IMG/VR virus record: IMGVR_UViG_3300009605_000021
Span: 6,976-70,975 of that record
Source: a virus
Strand: one strand, 5' to 3'
Length of the DNA stretch: 64,000 nucleotides
Shown: one piece after another, positions 26,807 through 36,557 of the stretch
Position numbering within the stretch: position 1 is the stretch's first letter
Layout of the letters: each line of letters begins with the position of its first letter
Position numbers and translations under genes: made by a program
The notes under the pieces: model-generated
What the model was told of the DNA's origin: nothing
Seen by the model: the letters and a program-made list of their open reading frames with translations, nothing else
Database searches by the model: none

Positions 26807-28378
26807 TTAATAATCGAGCCTTACTTTTAAAATAAATTCATCATTTGGGGTCTTTTTAAGAGGTCTCGATAATTTAGCTACTGCCAGCAAACCATTATCT
26901 GAACCATATAGCCCAACTGTTGTAACATATGAATGAGGCAAGTCATTCGCTACAGTTTTGATCTGAATTTTACTTTCACTAAGATAGGTTGGATTAGAGC
27001 TGTAATTAAGTTGATTACTGTTAAATCTACAAAAATGAATTGTTGAATTTAATTCAGTTGTATTTTGGAATTCGATATTATCGATTCTATGGCGAAGGGC
27101 ATTGGCTGTTCCACTAATAGAGGAAGATACCAACAGATGTCTGAATGACAAATCATCATCGCTCTTTGTGTGGCCAATTGCAGAACCGGTCATTGCAAGA
27201 TAATTATCATTGTCATGGTCGCCATGGCCGCCGGTGAAAGCTTCTGTACCCTGCGCACCGCCCTTTGTGGTTTGGTTGCACAGAACATAGTCTGCATCGA
27301 TTGCAGTACCTGTAATAGATTTGTTGCCTCTTGCGCCGGTGGTGTTCTGGGTAAGGGTTATGACCGTCAGTTCACCAGTGTTGTTTGCCGTGATCGCAGA
27401 GACCGTCATCTTCAAGGTTCCAGCAGTCACAGCCGCATCCAAAGCGGCCTTCACATTCGTAGCGAGGGCTGCAGTACTAGCATTGCTGCCATTGATTGCA
27501 GTTGCGCTGTTTGTAGCACCATCGGAGAACGTCCATGTGACTGAAGTGCCATCAGTATTTGTTAATATTATGGTTTTGCCTTCCAGGTCGCCAGAAGACG
27601 GAAGAGGATTTCCCGACATGAGGGTTGCAGTTGCGGATGTACCGCTCTCTAAGTTAGTTGGATCATACGGATAAAACATTGATGAGGAAAGAACAATAAC
27701 GCCGGCTTGATAAAAGATGAGTCCTGCGGGCTTTCCACCCAATTCTGGGGCTGGTGGATCCACAGACATTGACAAAATAGCATAATCGCCAGATGGAGAA
27801 TCAGTATAATAAGTTGTAGCACCATAATCTACAAGCTTTCTAGCAGTTCCATTAAAATTATGTGCAGCGTTGAATTGAGATCCAGTGCCGAATTGAATAG
27901 CAAAGGAACCTTTCTTGATTTCATCTTTGACTAGCAATCTTGAGAAGTTGATAAAATAGGCCTCACGAATGAGATCGCCGCCTGGAATTTGGAAGTCTTT
28001 GATAGAACCAGTATGATCGTGACCCATAAGAACTTGAGCCATCTGATTATACATATTTACTTTAGCTGCATTTTGGGTATTTTCGCCTTCAGCAACGGGC
28101 TCATTATTATGATTCCAAACTGAAGATGTAGAATAGCCCATAGTAATATCGAAAAGATGATTAGCTGAAGAACTTAAATACGGATAATCATAAACTGACT
28201 GATATATACCATGAGAAAAGTTTTTAATGTTATTTTCATTTGGGAATTCTGCTGCAGTGTTTGTATCTCCGTATGTTCCCGAAAGTATTGAACCTGTTAT
28301 TGGAATAGATTCATGTAATAGTTTTCTTCTTGTTACAATATCATTAGTTTCTAATTGTTGAAATGATTTAGTTGTCAT
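26807..28378 (-). CDS. Baseplate/tail structural protein, paralogous C-terminus to 24168..26780
   Basis: C-terminal VTTVGLYGSDNGLLAVAKLSRPLKK...KVRLDY; one ATAT...FTGG insert. Confidence 0.7.
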   Translation of the reverse strand: MTTKSFQQLETNDIVTRRKLLHESIPITGSILSGTYGDTNTAAEFPNENNIKNFSHGIYQSVYDYPYLSSSANHLFDITMGYSTSSVWNHNNEPVAEGENTQNAAKVNMYNQMAQVLMGHDHTGSIKDFQIPGGDLIREAYFINFSRLLVKDEIKKGSFAIQFGTGSQFNAAHNFNGTARKLVDYGATTYYTDSPSGDYAILSMSVDPPAPELGGKPAGLIFYQAGVIVLSSSMFYPYDPTNLESGTSATATLMSGNPLPSSGDLEGKTIILTNTDGTSVTWTFSDGATNSATAINGSNASTAALATNVKAALDAAVTAGTLKMTVSAITANNTGELTVITLTQNTTGARGNKSITGTAIDADYVLCNQTTKGGAQGTEAFTGGHGDHDNDNYLAMTGSAIGHTKSDDDLSFRHLLVSSSISGTANALRHRIDNIEFQNTTELNSTIHFCRFNSNQLNYSSNPTYLSESKIQIKTVANDLPHSYVTTVGLYGSDNGLLAVAKLSRPLKKTPNDEFILKVRLDY

Positions 28379-28383
28379 AGTGA

Positions 28384-29424
28384 TTACGCCTTTTTAACAA
28401 TTCTAATTGGAATGTCAAGTCTAGCACCAGTTGTTAATCCTGATACTTTAATTGTTGTGTCAATATAATGTACTTCTATTGTTGAAGCATTTGGTGTCAC
28501 ATCAGCAGATGTTGCGTTGGTCCAGGTTACGCCTGTTTTCCCAATCAATGAGAACAATGATGTACTTTGCTGAAGTTCTAATTTAGTTCGAATCTTAAAT
28601 TCTAACTTAGATCCGCGAGGGCCTTTGATATCAGTATTAGTTTTGCTTGCTGTAGTTTCTTTAATGTCTGTAACAAAACCGCCATTACCTTCACCATTGT
28701 CTGCCATGGTTAAATAATAAACTACTGAAAAATCATCATCGCCTCGCATACTTTCTCCAAGCCTAGTGAAATTAGGATTAGCAACGTGGCCACCACTTCT
28801 ACTAACAATTGAACCTAGTCTTCCGTCCATTTCAATTGCATATTGATTTTCATATAAGTCGTCATCCACTTGAGCTGTGGGAGATTTCTCCGTGTTATTA
28901 TCTATGCCTTGATCGATCCTGATCCATCCACCAGGTTCCGTTCCTGCGTCTGTAACGCCATTAATATAACCATCATTAGGTAAGGTTTCCACAGGCATAA
29001 TTCCAACGGTTGAAGTACCATCGTTTCCGGTATCTTTTACACCTTGTGCGGTAAATTTATCTGCAGCTACAACGAATCTATTAAATGCATTCGTTGTAGA
29101 GTGTAGCCTGTTTTTATCGAGGTTTTGATTTAGTTTAAGTATTGGAAGGAAAAGATGCTTGAGATAAGTGTAAGTTACAAGTTTCGACTTAAGCATTGTT
29201 GTGTTATTCGTAAACCCTTCCAATATAGGAGTTTGTTCTAAAATAGTTATATCTTCTTTGCCAGATGCAAGTGTTTTGTCATACAAGTTATAATTAATTT
29301 CATCATCTGCAGCTGCCCATTGAGTAATCTTGAAAGAGGAATCCCCTCTTGCTAATCTCATTCGTCCCAAGTCTGTCAAGACAGCGTCAAGGATTATATC
29401 GCCGGAATCATCTAGAAATGCCAT
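28384..29424 (-). CDS. Baseplate/tail structural protein
   Basis: N-terminal DAVLTDLGRMRLARG..FKITQWAAADDEINY; AGGAG SD; two upstream motif copies. Confidence 0.65.
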   Translation of the reverse strand: MAFLDDSGDIILDAVLTDLGRMRLARGDSSFKITQWAAADDEINYNLYDKTLASGKEDITILEQTPILEGFTNNTTMLKSKLVTYTYLKHLFLPILKLNQNLDKNRLHSTTNAFNRFVVAADKFTAQGVKDTGNDGTSTVGIMPVETLPNDGYINGVTDAGTEPGGWIRIDQGIDNNTEKSPTAQVDDDLYENQYAIEMDGRLGSIVSRSGGHVANPNFTRLGESMRGDDDFSVVYYLTMADNGEGNGGFVTDIKETTASKTNTDIKGPRGSKLEFKIRTKLELQQSTSLFSLIGKTGVTWTNATSADVTPNASTIEVHYIDTTIKVSGLTTGARLDIPIRIVKKA

Positions 29425-29439
29425 GTTTTTTACTCCTAT

Positions 29440-29465
29440 ATAAGTAGTATTTTACTATAAATAGT
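29440..29465 (-). promoter_or_regulatory. Tandem candidate late-promoter motifs ACTATTTAT (29457-29465) and ACTACTTAT (29440-29448)
   Basis: Two copies in the intergenic region just upstream of the SD. Confidence 0.55.
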
Positions 29466-29543
29466 CTTTTTGTTAAATAAAATCAATAAAAAATAATGTT
29501 TCAAAAAAAGATTGCATTTGGTTTGTCTAATTCCTCAAGCTTG

Positions 29544-32500
29544 TTAACCAAAAGGATTATCAGGAATGTCACCAGAAGCTAGAGCATCTAAAAATTGGTC
29601 CAGGCCGGTGTTGATTCCCTGGTTTATAATGGATGATTCTTCTTCTTTTGTTGCATTATGGAAGTTTCTAAACCTAAAGTTGACATCAATTTTTTTGCCA
29701 GTCTTTTTGGAAGTCAAACGAATCTTAAAATATTGTTTTTGTCCCTCTTTGTCCTCTCCTTGAGATATTCCTAGATCTTGAAATATCTTATATTTCAAGT
29801 TAGGATTTCCAAGCTTTGGGATACTTTCAATGTGGTTATATTGCATATAACCTGCTGCAGTCATATTTTCATAATCTGGAGCAGCGGGCATTTCTAGGGG
29901 GTCGCCATAGAAATCGGTGAAGATGACCGTAGACGTCAGATCCATCTCTGATTGTTCATACGTTGGAACTATATTTATATATTTTCTCATATTTTTAACT
30001 GATTGTAAGTCAGTATCTGGATCAAAATCAACAATATCTATTATTGGGTAAATTGTTCCACCATCATCAACAATTTCTACTTGATAAACTGGTGTTGGGT
30101 TGGAGAATTTTCCATACATGTCTACAACTCTAAAAGTATAATAATACTTTTTATTTGGTTCTATCGTGTTGTCTTTGTAAGATGTTGAGCGAAGGAAGCC
30201 TATTTCAGTCTTCCCGGTTTCCTGGTTAAAATTTCTTATTCTAAGCGGTTTAAGATCTTTTTTTGTGTTGTCAATTACAGATTTATGAAAATCCCTATAA
30301 GAAACTGGTCTTTCTTCTATTCTGTAGGATTCAAATTTGTCTGGAGGCATCAATGTTTCAAAATCATATTCTGGCCATCCTTTCGTGCCGGCCTTATTTT
30401 GTATTGCTTGAAGAATATGTGAATCATCTTCAGGGTTGATCCCAATCATAAAATCTGTGCGTTGGGTGCCATGAACAGACGACAACAAAAATAAAAGAGT
30501 TTTGTTGTCGTTTTCGAACGGAGCAATTTCCACATTTGGAGGAGCAGGATGAGTAGAGATGACAGACACCACATTTTCGTTTTCCACGGGATCGGGATCG
30601 TCCCCTCCCGTAGCCGGTGGAGTATATACAATCTTATGCCCTAAGCTGTCATAAGGCACCTCAACAAATTTTATATGAGGATACGAGTTCACAGCTACAA
30701 CGAGATTATATCGTTCAGCCCACCATCTGTTCCCCATATATCCGGCTGTGGATTCCTGAGCGTCGTTGAAATCTGCAGTCTCCTCGTCAAGATTTTTCAT
30801 GGCGACAAAGCGGGTAGAGCTGAAGGGGGGATATCCTTGCTCAAGGTAATGTGCATAACTAAAATTCGGGTCGTCATCATAGTCATGAATATATTTCCAT
30901 AAGTGGTCGTTGATCTCTGCCGCGCCTAGGGGGGTCAGCTGAATAGGTGGGCCGGTGGGGGTCGTGGTGCTGGCGACGGTGGTACCGGTCAGGGACCCCG
31001 GGGTTTGGACAGGCGGCAGTTGACCGTCTAGACTATATGAGTATTTGGTGCCAAATATAGCTACCCATGCATATACCGAATAACTATAGTCTTTATTATA
31101 GACTAATTGGGTATCAACAAAATATTTGGGATTAAATTCTGGTGCGTTTGGAAAATAAAAATTTTGTACAATCTTATTATCTCTGTCTTTCTTTTCGATT
31201 CTAAAAAAAACAATTTCATTAGCAGCTTTGGCGCCATTAATAATATTGTCAAAGGTCCTTGTCTGACCTTCTCCGAAGGAGTGATCGGAATAAAAAACAG
31301 GATTCCAAAAATTTATAAACTCCATAAGGCCGCCTCTTTTTTCAGGGGTGGTCCACGAAAGCCCGGTGCCTGTTTCGCCATACTGAACAAAATTATTAAA
31401 ATTTTCTTCACTTCCCTCTTCACACGACTCTCTTTTGACATGAGGATCATAAGGATCTTCTGTGCCGGGTAAATACAAAAGACGATGATTACAATCTAAA
31501 CCATAAATATCTTCTGAAATATATCTAGGCCAGTTGCCCCGAACATATCCTTCGTACCAATCCAAAAACGATTTAGTATAGTTAGTGCCCTGTCCATGGA
31601 TCCCGGCCGGGGTGGGGAGTGTGGGGTCTGCGGCGGCGGAGAGAGTCTCAAAAGCTTCATAAAAATGAAATGAGTTTAACTTTTTATAATAGGCTGAGTT
31701 GCCTGTCGGGGATGATTTGTAAGTCGAGATCTGTGGATAAGTAACAACTGAATCATTGCTACTGAACAACGGCCGGCCGGTGGCAGCATTAGCTGTATAC
31801 CTGCTTTTCTTCTTTTGCTCTAGTCCCAAGCTTTGTATAGAATGTGGTTCGTTTTCTACTATTGCCTTTAATACAGAATAATCCATATCCCAGCGATCTA
31901 AACCTTCGACCAAACTTCTAACTCGCAGTGGATTCATCCACGCGGCGGCCGCTGCCATGCCTGAGGCACCTGCAGGGCTGCCATGAGAATAAGAAGAAAA
32001 TGGGTAATTGCAATAAAAGTATAGGTCAAGAGGATACAAATGAAAGTCATAACCTTCACCAAGTTGGTTCCAATTAGAATAATACGGGGTAATCGTCTGA
32101 AACATACTTTGCATTAGAATAACATTTGAATTTTGAATTATGTGCCTCGTAAGATCCCAAAGAGTGTCTGGATCGTTACTGCTAAGTATAGAATCTAATC
32201 CTAATAAATATTTTTCATAATACTCTTTAATATTATTGTTTTCCAAACTGGTTTTCAACACAGGCCAATAATCATTATACATTTTGTCTAAAACATTTGT
32301 TGTGCGTGGAGTGTTTGCAAGCATTTGGTTCACATATTCTTTGTACTCTGTGTCCTTCCAAAGCTCACCCTCTGAAGCAGGTTGATTGACCTGATCTCGC
32401 CATGCCGTATAGGCAAAAAGCATTGGGAGCGCAGCTTCGCCACTTCTGCCTGTAATATTATGTGTAGAAAAAAGTCCCGCCACATCTTCTTCAACACTAT

Positions 32501-33587
32501 CAAGTATTTTTTTGTTAGTAGGTTCTATAGAATAATTTACGACTCCGGCGTCCACTTTCGAAAAGGCGGCAGATAAATCAATTTCATCTGCTTCATTCCA
32601 TTCCAGGGGTGTCTCTAAATCTGTTACAAAATCATAATAATAGGTACCAGTTTGCTTATGTATTCCGACTGCAAATTGAAACATTCGTTCTCGAAAATAC
32701 ATACTCTGTTTCGCTATATCCGTCGAGCCGTGTTTGACGACGGAGCTGCCATAATCCTTTATTATGCGATTTTGAACCTCTGATTCGCGCGTCAGACACG
32801 TTGTCCAAAGCACATATTTGGACTGTTGTTTCATGTGTGGTATAAGACTTAACCCGCCGGTGGATGATGGCGATGTATCATATTGATGCCGATTACTCCA
32901 CTGGGCGCCGGGAAAAAAGGTTCCGTCATCGGGATGGGACCATTCATCGAGATCGTTCCCGAGCCTGGTAAACTGCATTCCTACCAAGTTAATTGTGTTA
33001 TACAAACCAAATCCCCCCGGAGAACCCTCTATCTGATCAGAAAGAGTACTAAACATCTGATACCACAGTCCCCATTGGTTACCGGTGGCGTAGAACTTAG
33101 AGAGCCCCGTTTGATACGTATCATGAAGAATAAAAGGAGTAGGGTTTCCAAAAAGATCTGTTACCTTGACGAATTGCATCTTTTTGTCTACGCCCCCCAA
33201 CTGCGGTGAGTGGGCAAGTTCAGTAAACGTATCACTCATATGAGGGGGAAAAGATTTAAAGTCTCTTTGGAATTTAACGCCCTCGGTCTCGTAATCGGTA
33301 TACCACAGAGCACCCAATTGAGATCTTAAAAAGTCTTTTGACCAAAACGTGTTCCAGCCTAAGTGATCGGAGACTGAGTCATTGTAGCCCCAGCCAACGT
33401 TGCTGGATCCGGGTGGGTTCAGATGACCCACCTTCAATCTCGACGCGGATCCTGGTCCACCGTCTTCGGCAATATCATGTTCGTCGGCGTACGCTGAAAA
33501 AGTCTGATAGTCGGTAAACAATGTAACAGTGTTAGTGGCTATCGGAGATTCTTTTATATCAGGATTAGTTTTTGGTTCTTGCGCCAT
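29544..33587 (-). CDS. Large structural protein with Fn3-like segments
   Basis: FVDTQLVYNKDYSYSVYAW and YKDNTIEPNKKYYYTFRVVD...SNP patterns; 1347 aa. Confidence 0.6.
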   Translation of the reverse strand: MAQEPKTNPDIKESPIATNTVTLFTDYQTFSAYADEHDIAEDGGPGSASRLKVGHLNPPGSSNVGWGYNDSVSDHLGWNTFWSKDFLRSQLGALWYTDYETEGVKFQRDFKSFPPHMSDTFTELAHSPQLGGVDKKMQFVKVTDLFGNPTPFILHDTYQTGLSKFYATGNQWGLWYQMFSTLSDQIEGSPGGFGLYNTINLVGMQFTRLGNDLDEWSHPDDGTFFPGAQWSNRHQYDTSPSSTGGLSLIPHMKQQSKYVLWTTCLTRESEVQNRIIKDYGSSVVKHGSTDIAKQSMYFRERMFQFAVGIHKQTGTYYYDFVTDLETPLEWNEADEIDLSAAFSKVDAGVVNYSIEPTNKKILDSVEEDVAGLFSTHNITGRSGEAALPMLFAYTAWRDQVNQPASEGELWKDTEYKEYVNQMLANTPRTTNVLDKMYNDYWPVLKTSLENNNIKEYYEKYLLGLDSILSSNDPDTLWDLTRHIIQNSNVILMQSMFQTITPYYSNWNQLGEGYDFHLYPLDLYFYCNYPFSSYSHGSPAGASGMAAAAAWMNPLRVRSLVEGLDRWDMDYSVLKAIVENEPHSIQSLGLEQKKKSRYTANAATGRPLFSSNDSVVTYPQISTYKSSPTGNSAYYKKLNSFHFYEAFETLSAAADPTLPTPAGIHGQGTNYTKSFLDWYEGYVRGNWPRYISEDIYGLDCNHRLLYLPGTEDPYDPHVKRESCEEGSEENFNNFVQYGETGTGLSWTTPEKRGGLMEFINFWNPVFYSDHSFGEGQTRTFDNIINGAKAANEIVFFRIEKKDRDNKIVQNFYFPNAPEFNPKYFVDTQLVYNKDYSYSVYAWVAIFGTKYSYSLDGQLPPVQTPGSLTGTTVASTTTPTGPPIQLTPLGAAEINDHLWKYIHDYDDDPNFSYAHYLEQGYPPFSSTRFVAMKNLDEETADFNDAQESTAGYMGNRWWAERYNLVVAVNSYPHIKFVEVPYDSLGHKIVYTPPATGGDDPDPVENENVVSVISTHPAPPNVEIAPFENDNKTLLFLLSSVHGTQRTDFMIGINPEDDSHILQAIQNKAGTKGWPEYDFETLMPPDKFESYRIEERPVSYRDFHKSVIDNTKKDLKPLRIRNFNQETGKTEIGFLRSTSYKDNTIEPNKKYYYTFRVVDMYGKFSNPTPVYQVEIVDDGGTIYPIIDIVDFDPDTDLQSVKNMRKYINIVPTYEQSEMDLTSTVIFTDFYGDPLEMPAAPDYENMTAAGYMQYNHIESIPKLGNPNLKYKIFQDLGISQGEDKEGQKQYFKIRLTSKKTGKKIDVNFRFRNFHNATKEEESSIINQGINTGLDQFLDALASGDIPDNPFG

Positions 33588-33611
33588 ATTTATACCTTCC
33601 TATAGATTAAA

Positions 33612-36557
33612 TTAATATCCACCGGATGAACCTCCGCCCATGTTTGCGGTTCCGCCGCCAGTTCCAGTCGACGCAGTGCGTGCGCCGCCAGTAGTTTGTG
33701 CGCCGGCAGAAGAAGCGCCGGTTGCGCGGCGGGCTCTGCCAGATCTACGAGACGGCTTTACCAAAAATTGTTCGTTGTACATTGGAAACTTAGGCGTGCT
33801 AGGGATGTTAAAGTGACTGTTTTCATAATCTACTAATCTGCAAAATGCAAATTGACCCCCTGTTATACTGTTGATTTGTGATAACTGTGTTAATTTATTA
33901 AAAATTGGCTGACTCATAATAAGATCACCTGTAGATGTAGCTTGATATCCTTGAAATATTTGTATTTCTTTTAGATTAAAAAAGCTCATATATAAATACC
34001 CTAATGCAGAAATACCTTCATTTTTTGTTAATGTCGAAACTACAGATTTTTTAAATTCTTTTTCAATTTCTGGCATGTCGCCAATATTTTGCATTTTAGT
34101 AGCATATCCGCAATAGTGGATTAAAGCTTTTATTTGATTCGGAAGATTCAAAAAATCATTGTTAGCTCTTGTTAAGGCAAGATTATCCATATTAAATCTA
34201 TTGATGACATCGTATCCTTCATCCTGAAAAACTTCAACAGACAGTATAGACAACATCAAATTAATAAAGTTAATTGGATTTAATATTTCTTCATCATACT
34301 CCTTTTTATCAATATTGGGCGTAGAGTCGTCTGAAGGATCGTCTGCATCATATAAAGCTTTAGCAACGCCAGCATCTTGTTTTAACACATCTTTAGTGAT
34401 TGTAAAATTTTTGGTCATAACAAGATACTTTTCTAAAGCACTTTGTAATATGTCATAAGTGTGATTATACGTTCTTGTTTTTTTCTTATTAGACAACACA
34501 GCAGAAATTTCTTTAAAAATTGTAAGTTTAGTGTTGTAAGCAGAAGTATTAGCTGCCCGGGCTTCGAGAGCTTTATACAAAACAAAAATATAATTATATA
34601 TCATAAGTCTTTCATCATCAATATTTGCGAGAGTATCAGAACACATTTTAATTTGATGATCAGTACCCTTTCCCACTCTCCCAGAATAAGTCGGCGTTAA
34701 TATAACGGATGGAGATAAATATGAATTCCTCTGAGCGTTTAAATTTAAACCCATTGTTGTCACATTACTAACAATAGAATCAGTTGGAGGAAGAGAAATT
34801 TTGCTCTGAGGTCCAAAAGTGAACCGTTCTTCCTCTGCCTTTAACCGATTTAATAAATGATCTCCAGAGATAACATAATTTGTATTTGATTTTGTTCTTG
34901 AATTTTTAGTAGATAAATAGTCAACACCAACTGGCGAAGTTTCTGCGTTGTGGACGATGTCTGCCGCGTTGTGCCAAATATTATATTTTTTAGTTATTTG
35001 AGTGATATAATTAATTCCATGTGCATCTAAATTTGCCGGCTTGCCTCCAGTCGATAATGTATCTACAAAAGTGGAACCAGTAGATAAAACATCAAAAACA
35101 TCCCTTATACTTTTTTCCATCACCTCAACAAATCCAATTATAATTTTTCTCCCGGAAAAAGATTTTAAAAGACTACCAAGCCTAGAAATATAATCATTTT
35201 TTTCTTCTAGGGGTATAACTTTTGTTGAATAATATTCAAGGACATTCATAATATCGCCGGCAACAAACAAGCTTCTACGTGCTTCCCAACCACGACCTTT
35301 TGATTTTGTGATTATGTTTTTAATAACATTTATTTTTTTAAGATCGTCATATATGTGTCCCACTATGTTGGATGTGTTTAATGTTAATGTAACTTCGTAG
35401 TAGTCTCCCATGTTATTTGGTTTGTCGTCTTCAAACCTATAATGCATAACAAATGGACTATTGCCCCTTTCTGAGCCTGCGGGGCTATGTACCGGTGCTC
35501 TTATGGCGCGAAAATTTCCTAATATTTCGTCAGAGGCGTACGCCAAAGAACGTCTTTTTAAAATTTTTATATCGATTTTAGCGCCGCCTACAAATTTCCG
35601 TACTCTACTCAAACTTGAACTATCAAAAATTTTTGAATATATAGTGTTGTTTTTTAATATTCCTAATATATCAATGCCAAATAAACCATTGAGTTTCAAC
35701 GACAAGTCTCTAGATGAAAACAATGTTGAAAAATAATTTTTATTAGTTGTTCCCCTGTTGGTAATAAGATTCGTTTGTGTTTCAGCTGATCTTGAAAGCA
35801 TATGTAATAATTCATCTGTAACTAACGATTCTATTAGCTTATCATTACTAACCACTCTTCTTTGCAAGACTGGGTTAGACCTTGTATGAAACGTGCCTCC
35901 TCGAAATCTTCCGGCGCTTTCGTATACGGCTTTCGGCCTAGGCCACTCCTGCCCATTTGAATAATAAAATTTTGTCCTTTTATTGTTAACGTTGCCGTTA
36001 ATAATAAGTCTTTCTTCGATCATATCCCCCACAAAAAAAACGTTTGATTTACTGTAAGATGAATAAGAGGTTTGCGTACCTAAGAAAGGAACAGCAAGAA
36101 CAGTTAAATTATTAGTCCTCGGGCATGAAAAACTTACTTCTGGCATATTAATTTTATATAATGGTTTTCTTCCAGACGAAACAATTGTATAACGTTCTTT
36201 AGCGTTTGACGGAATTTCATAAATTCCTATTAATTTGGTGTCTCCCTCCTCTTGAAATAAATAATCAATTAATTGTCTTCTGTCGCCCTCAAACGACGGA
36301 ACGCTTGTGGTGCAAAAAACAGCTATTTTAAATTTTTTACGCTTGTGAACAGCTTTCAGCATTTTAAAGTTAAAGAAATATGTATGATATGACATACTAA
36401 TATTATAGGAAGTGGACATTTCTCGATTAGAAATTTCATCAAAAAGAAGGTTTGAACTTGGATTGAAATTGGATAGTCTAATCTGATCTAAATACACTCC
36501 AGGAACTGGGGGGTGTTTAGGAACAAAAAATCCATTATAATTGATACCAGTGGCCAT
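33612..36557 (-). CDS. Large hypothetical structural-cluster protein with a Gly/Ala/Thr/Arg-rich tail
   Basis: Start likely the ATG at 36557 (TAATG overlap); ends GGGSSGGY. Confidence 0.6.
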   Translation of the reverse strand: MATGINYNGFFVPKHPPVPGVYLDQIRLSNFNPSSNLLFDEISNREMSTSYNISMSYHTYFFNFKMLKAVHKRKKFKIAVFCTTSVPSFEGDRRQLIDYLFQEEGDTKLIGIYEIPSNAKERYTIVSSGRKPLYKINMPEVSFSCPRTNNLTVLAVPFLGTQTSYSSYSKSNVFFVGDMIEERLIINGNVNNKRTKFYYSNGQEWPRPKAVYESAGRFRGGTFHTRSNPVLQRRVVSNDKLIESLVTDELLHMLSRSAETQTNLITNRGTTNKNYFSTLFSSRDLSLKLNGLFGIDILGILKNNTIYSKIFDSSSLSRVRKFVGGAKIDIKILKRRSLAYASDEILGNFRAIRAPVHSPAGSERGNSPFVMHYRFEDDKPNNMGDYYEVTLTLNTSNIVGHIYDDLKKINVIKNIITKSKGRGWEARRSLFVAGDIMNVLEYYSTKVIPLEEKNDYISRLGSLLKSFSGRKIIIGFVEVMEKSIRDVFDVLSTGSTFVDTLSTGGKPANLDAHGINYITQITKKYNIWHNAADIVHNAETSPVGVDYLSTKNSRTKSNTNYVISGDHLLNRLKAEEERFTFGPQSKISLPPTDSIVSNVTTMGLNLNAQRNSYLSPSVILTPTYSGRVGKGTDHQIKMCSDTLANIDDERLMIYNYIFVLYKALEARAANTSAYNTKLTIFKEISAVLSNKKKTRTYNHTYDILQSALEKYLVMTKNFTITKDVLKQDAGVAKALYDADDPSDDSTPNIDKKEYDEEILNPINFINLMLSILSVEVFQDEGYDVINRFNMDNLALTRANNDFLNLPNQIKALIHYCGYATKMQNIGDMPEIEKEFKKSVVSTLTKNEGISALGYLYMSFFNLKEIQIFQGYQATSTGDLIMSQPIFNKLTQLSQINSITGGQFAFCRLVDYENSHFNIPSTPKFPMYNEQFLVKPSRRSGRARRATGASSAGAQTTGGARTASTGTGGGTANMGGGSSGGY

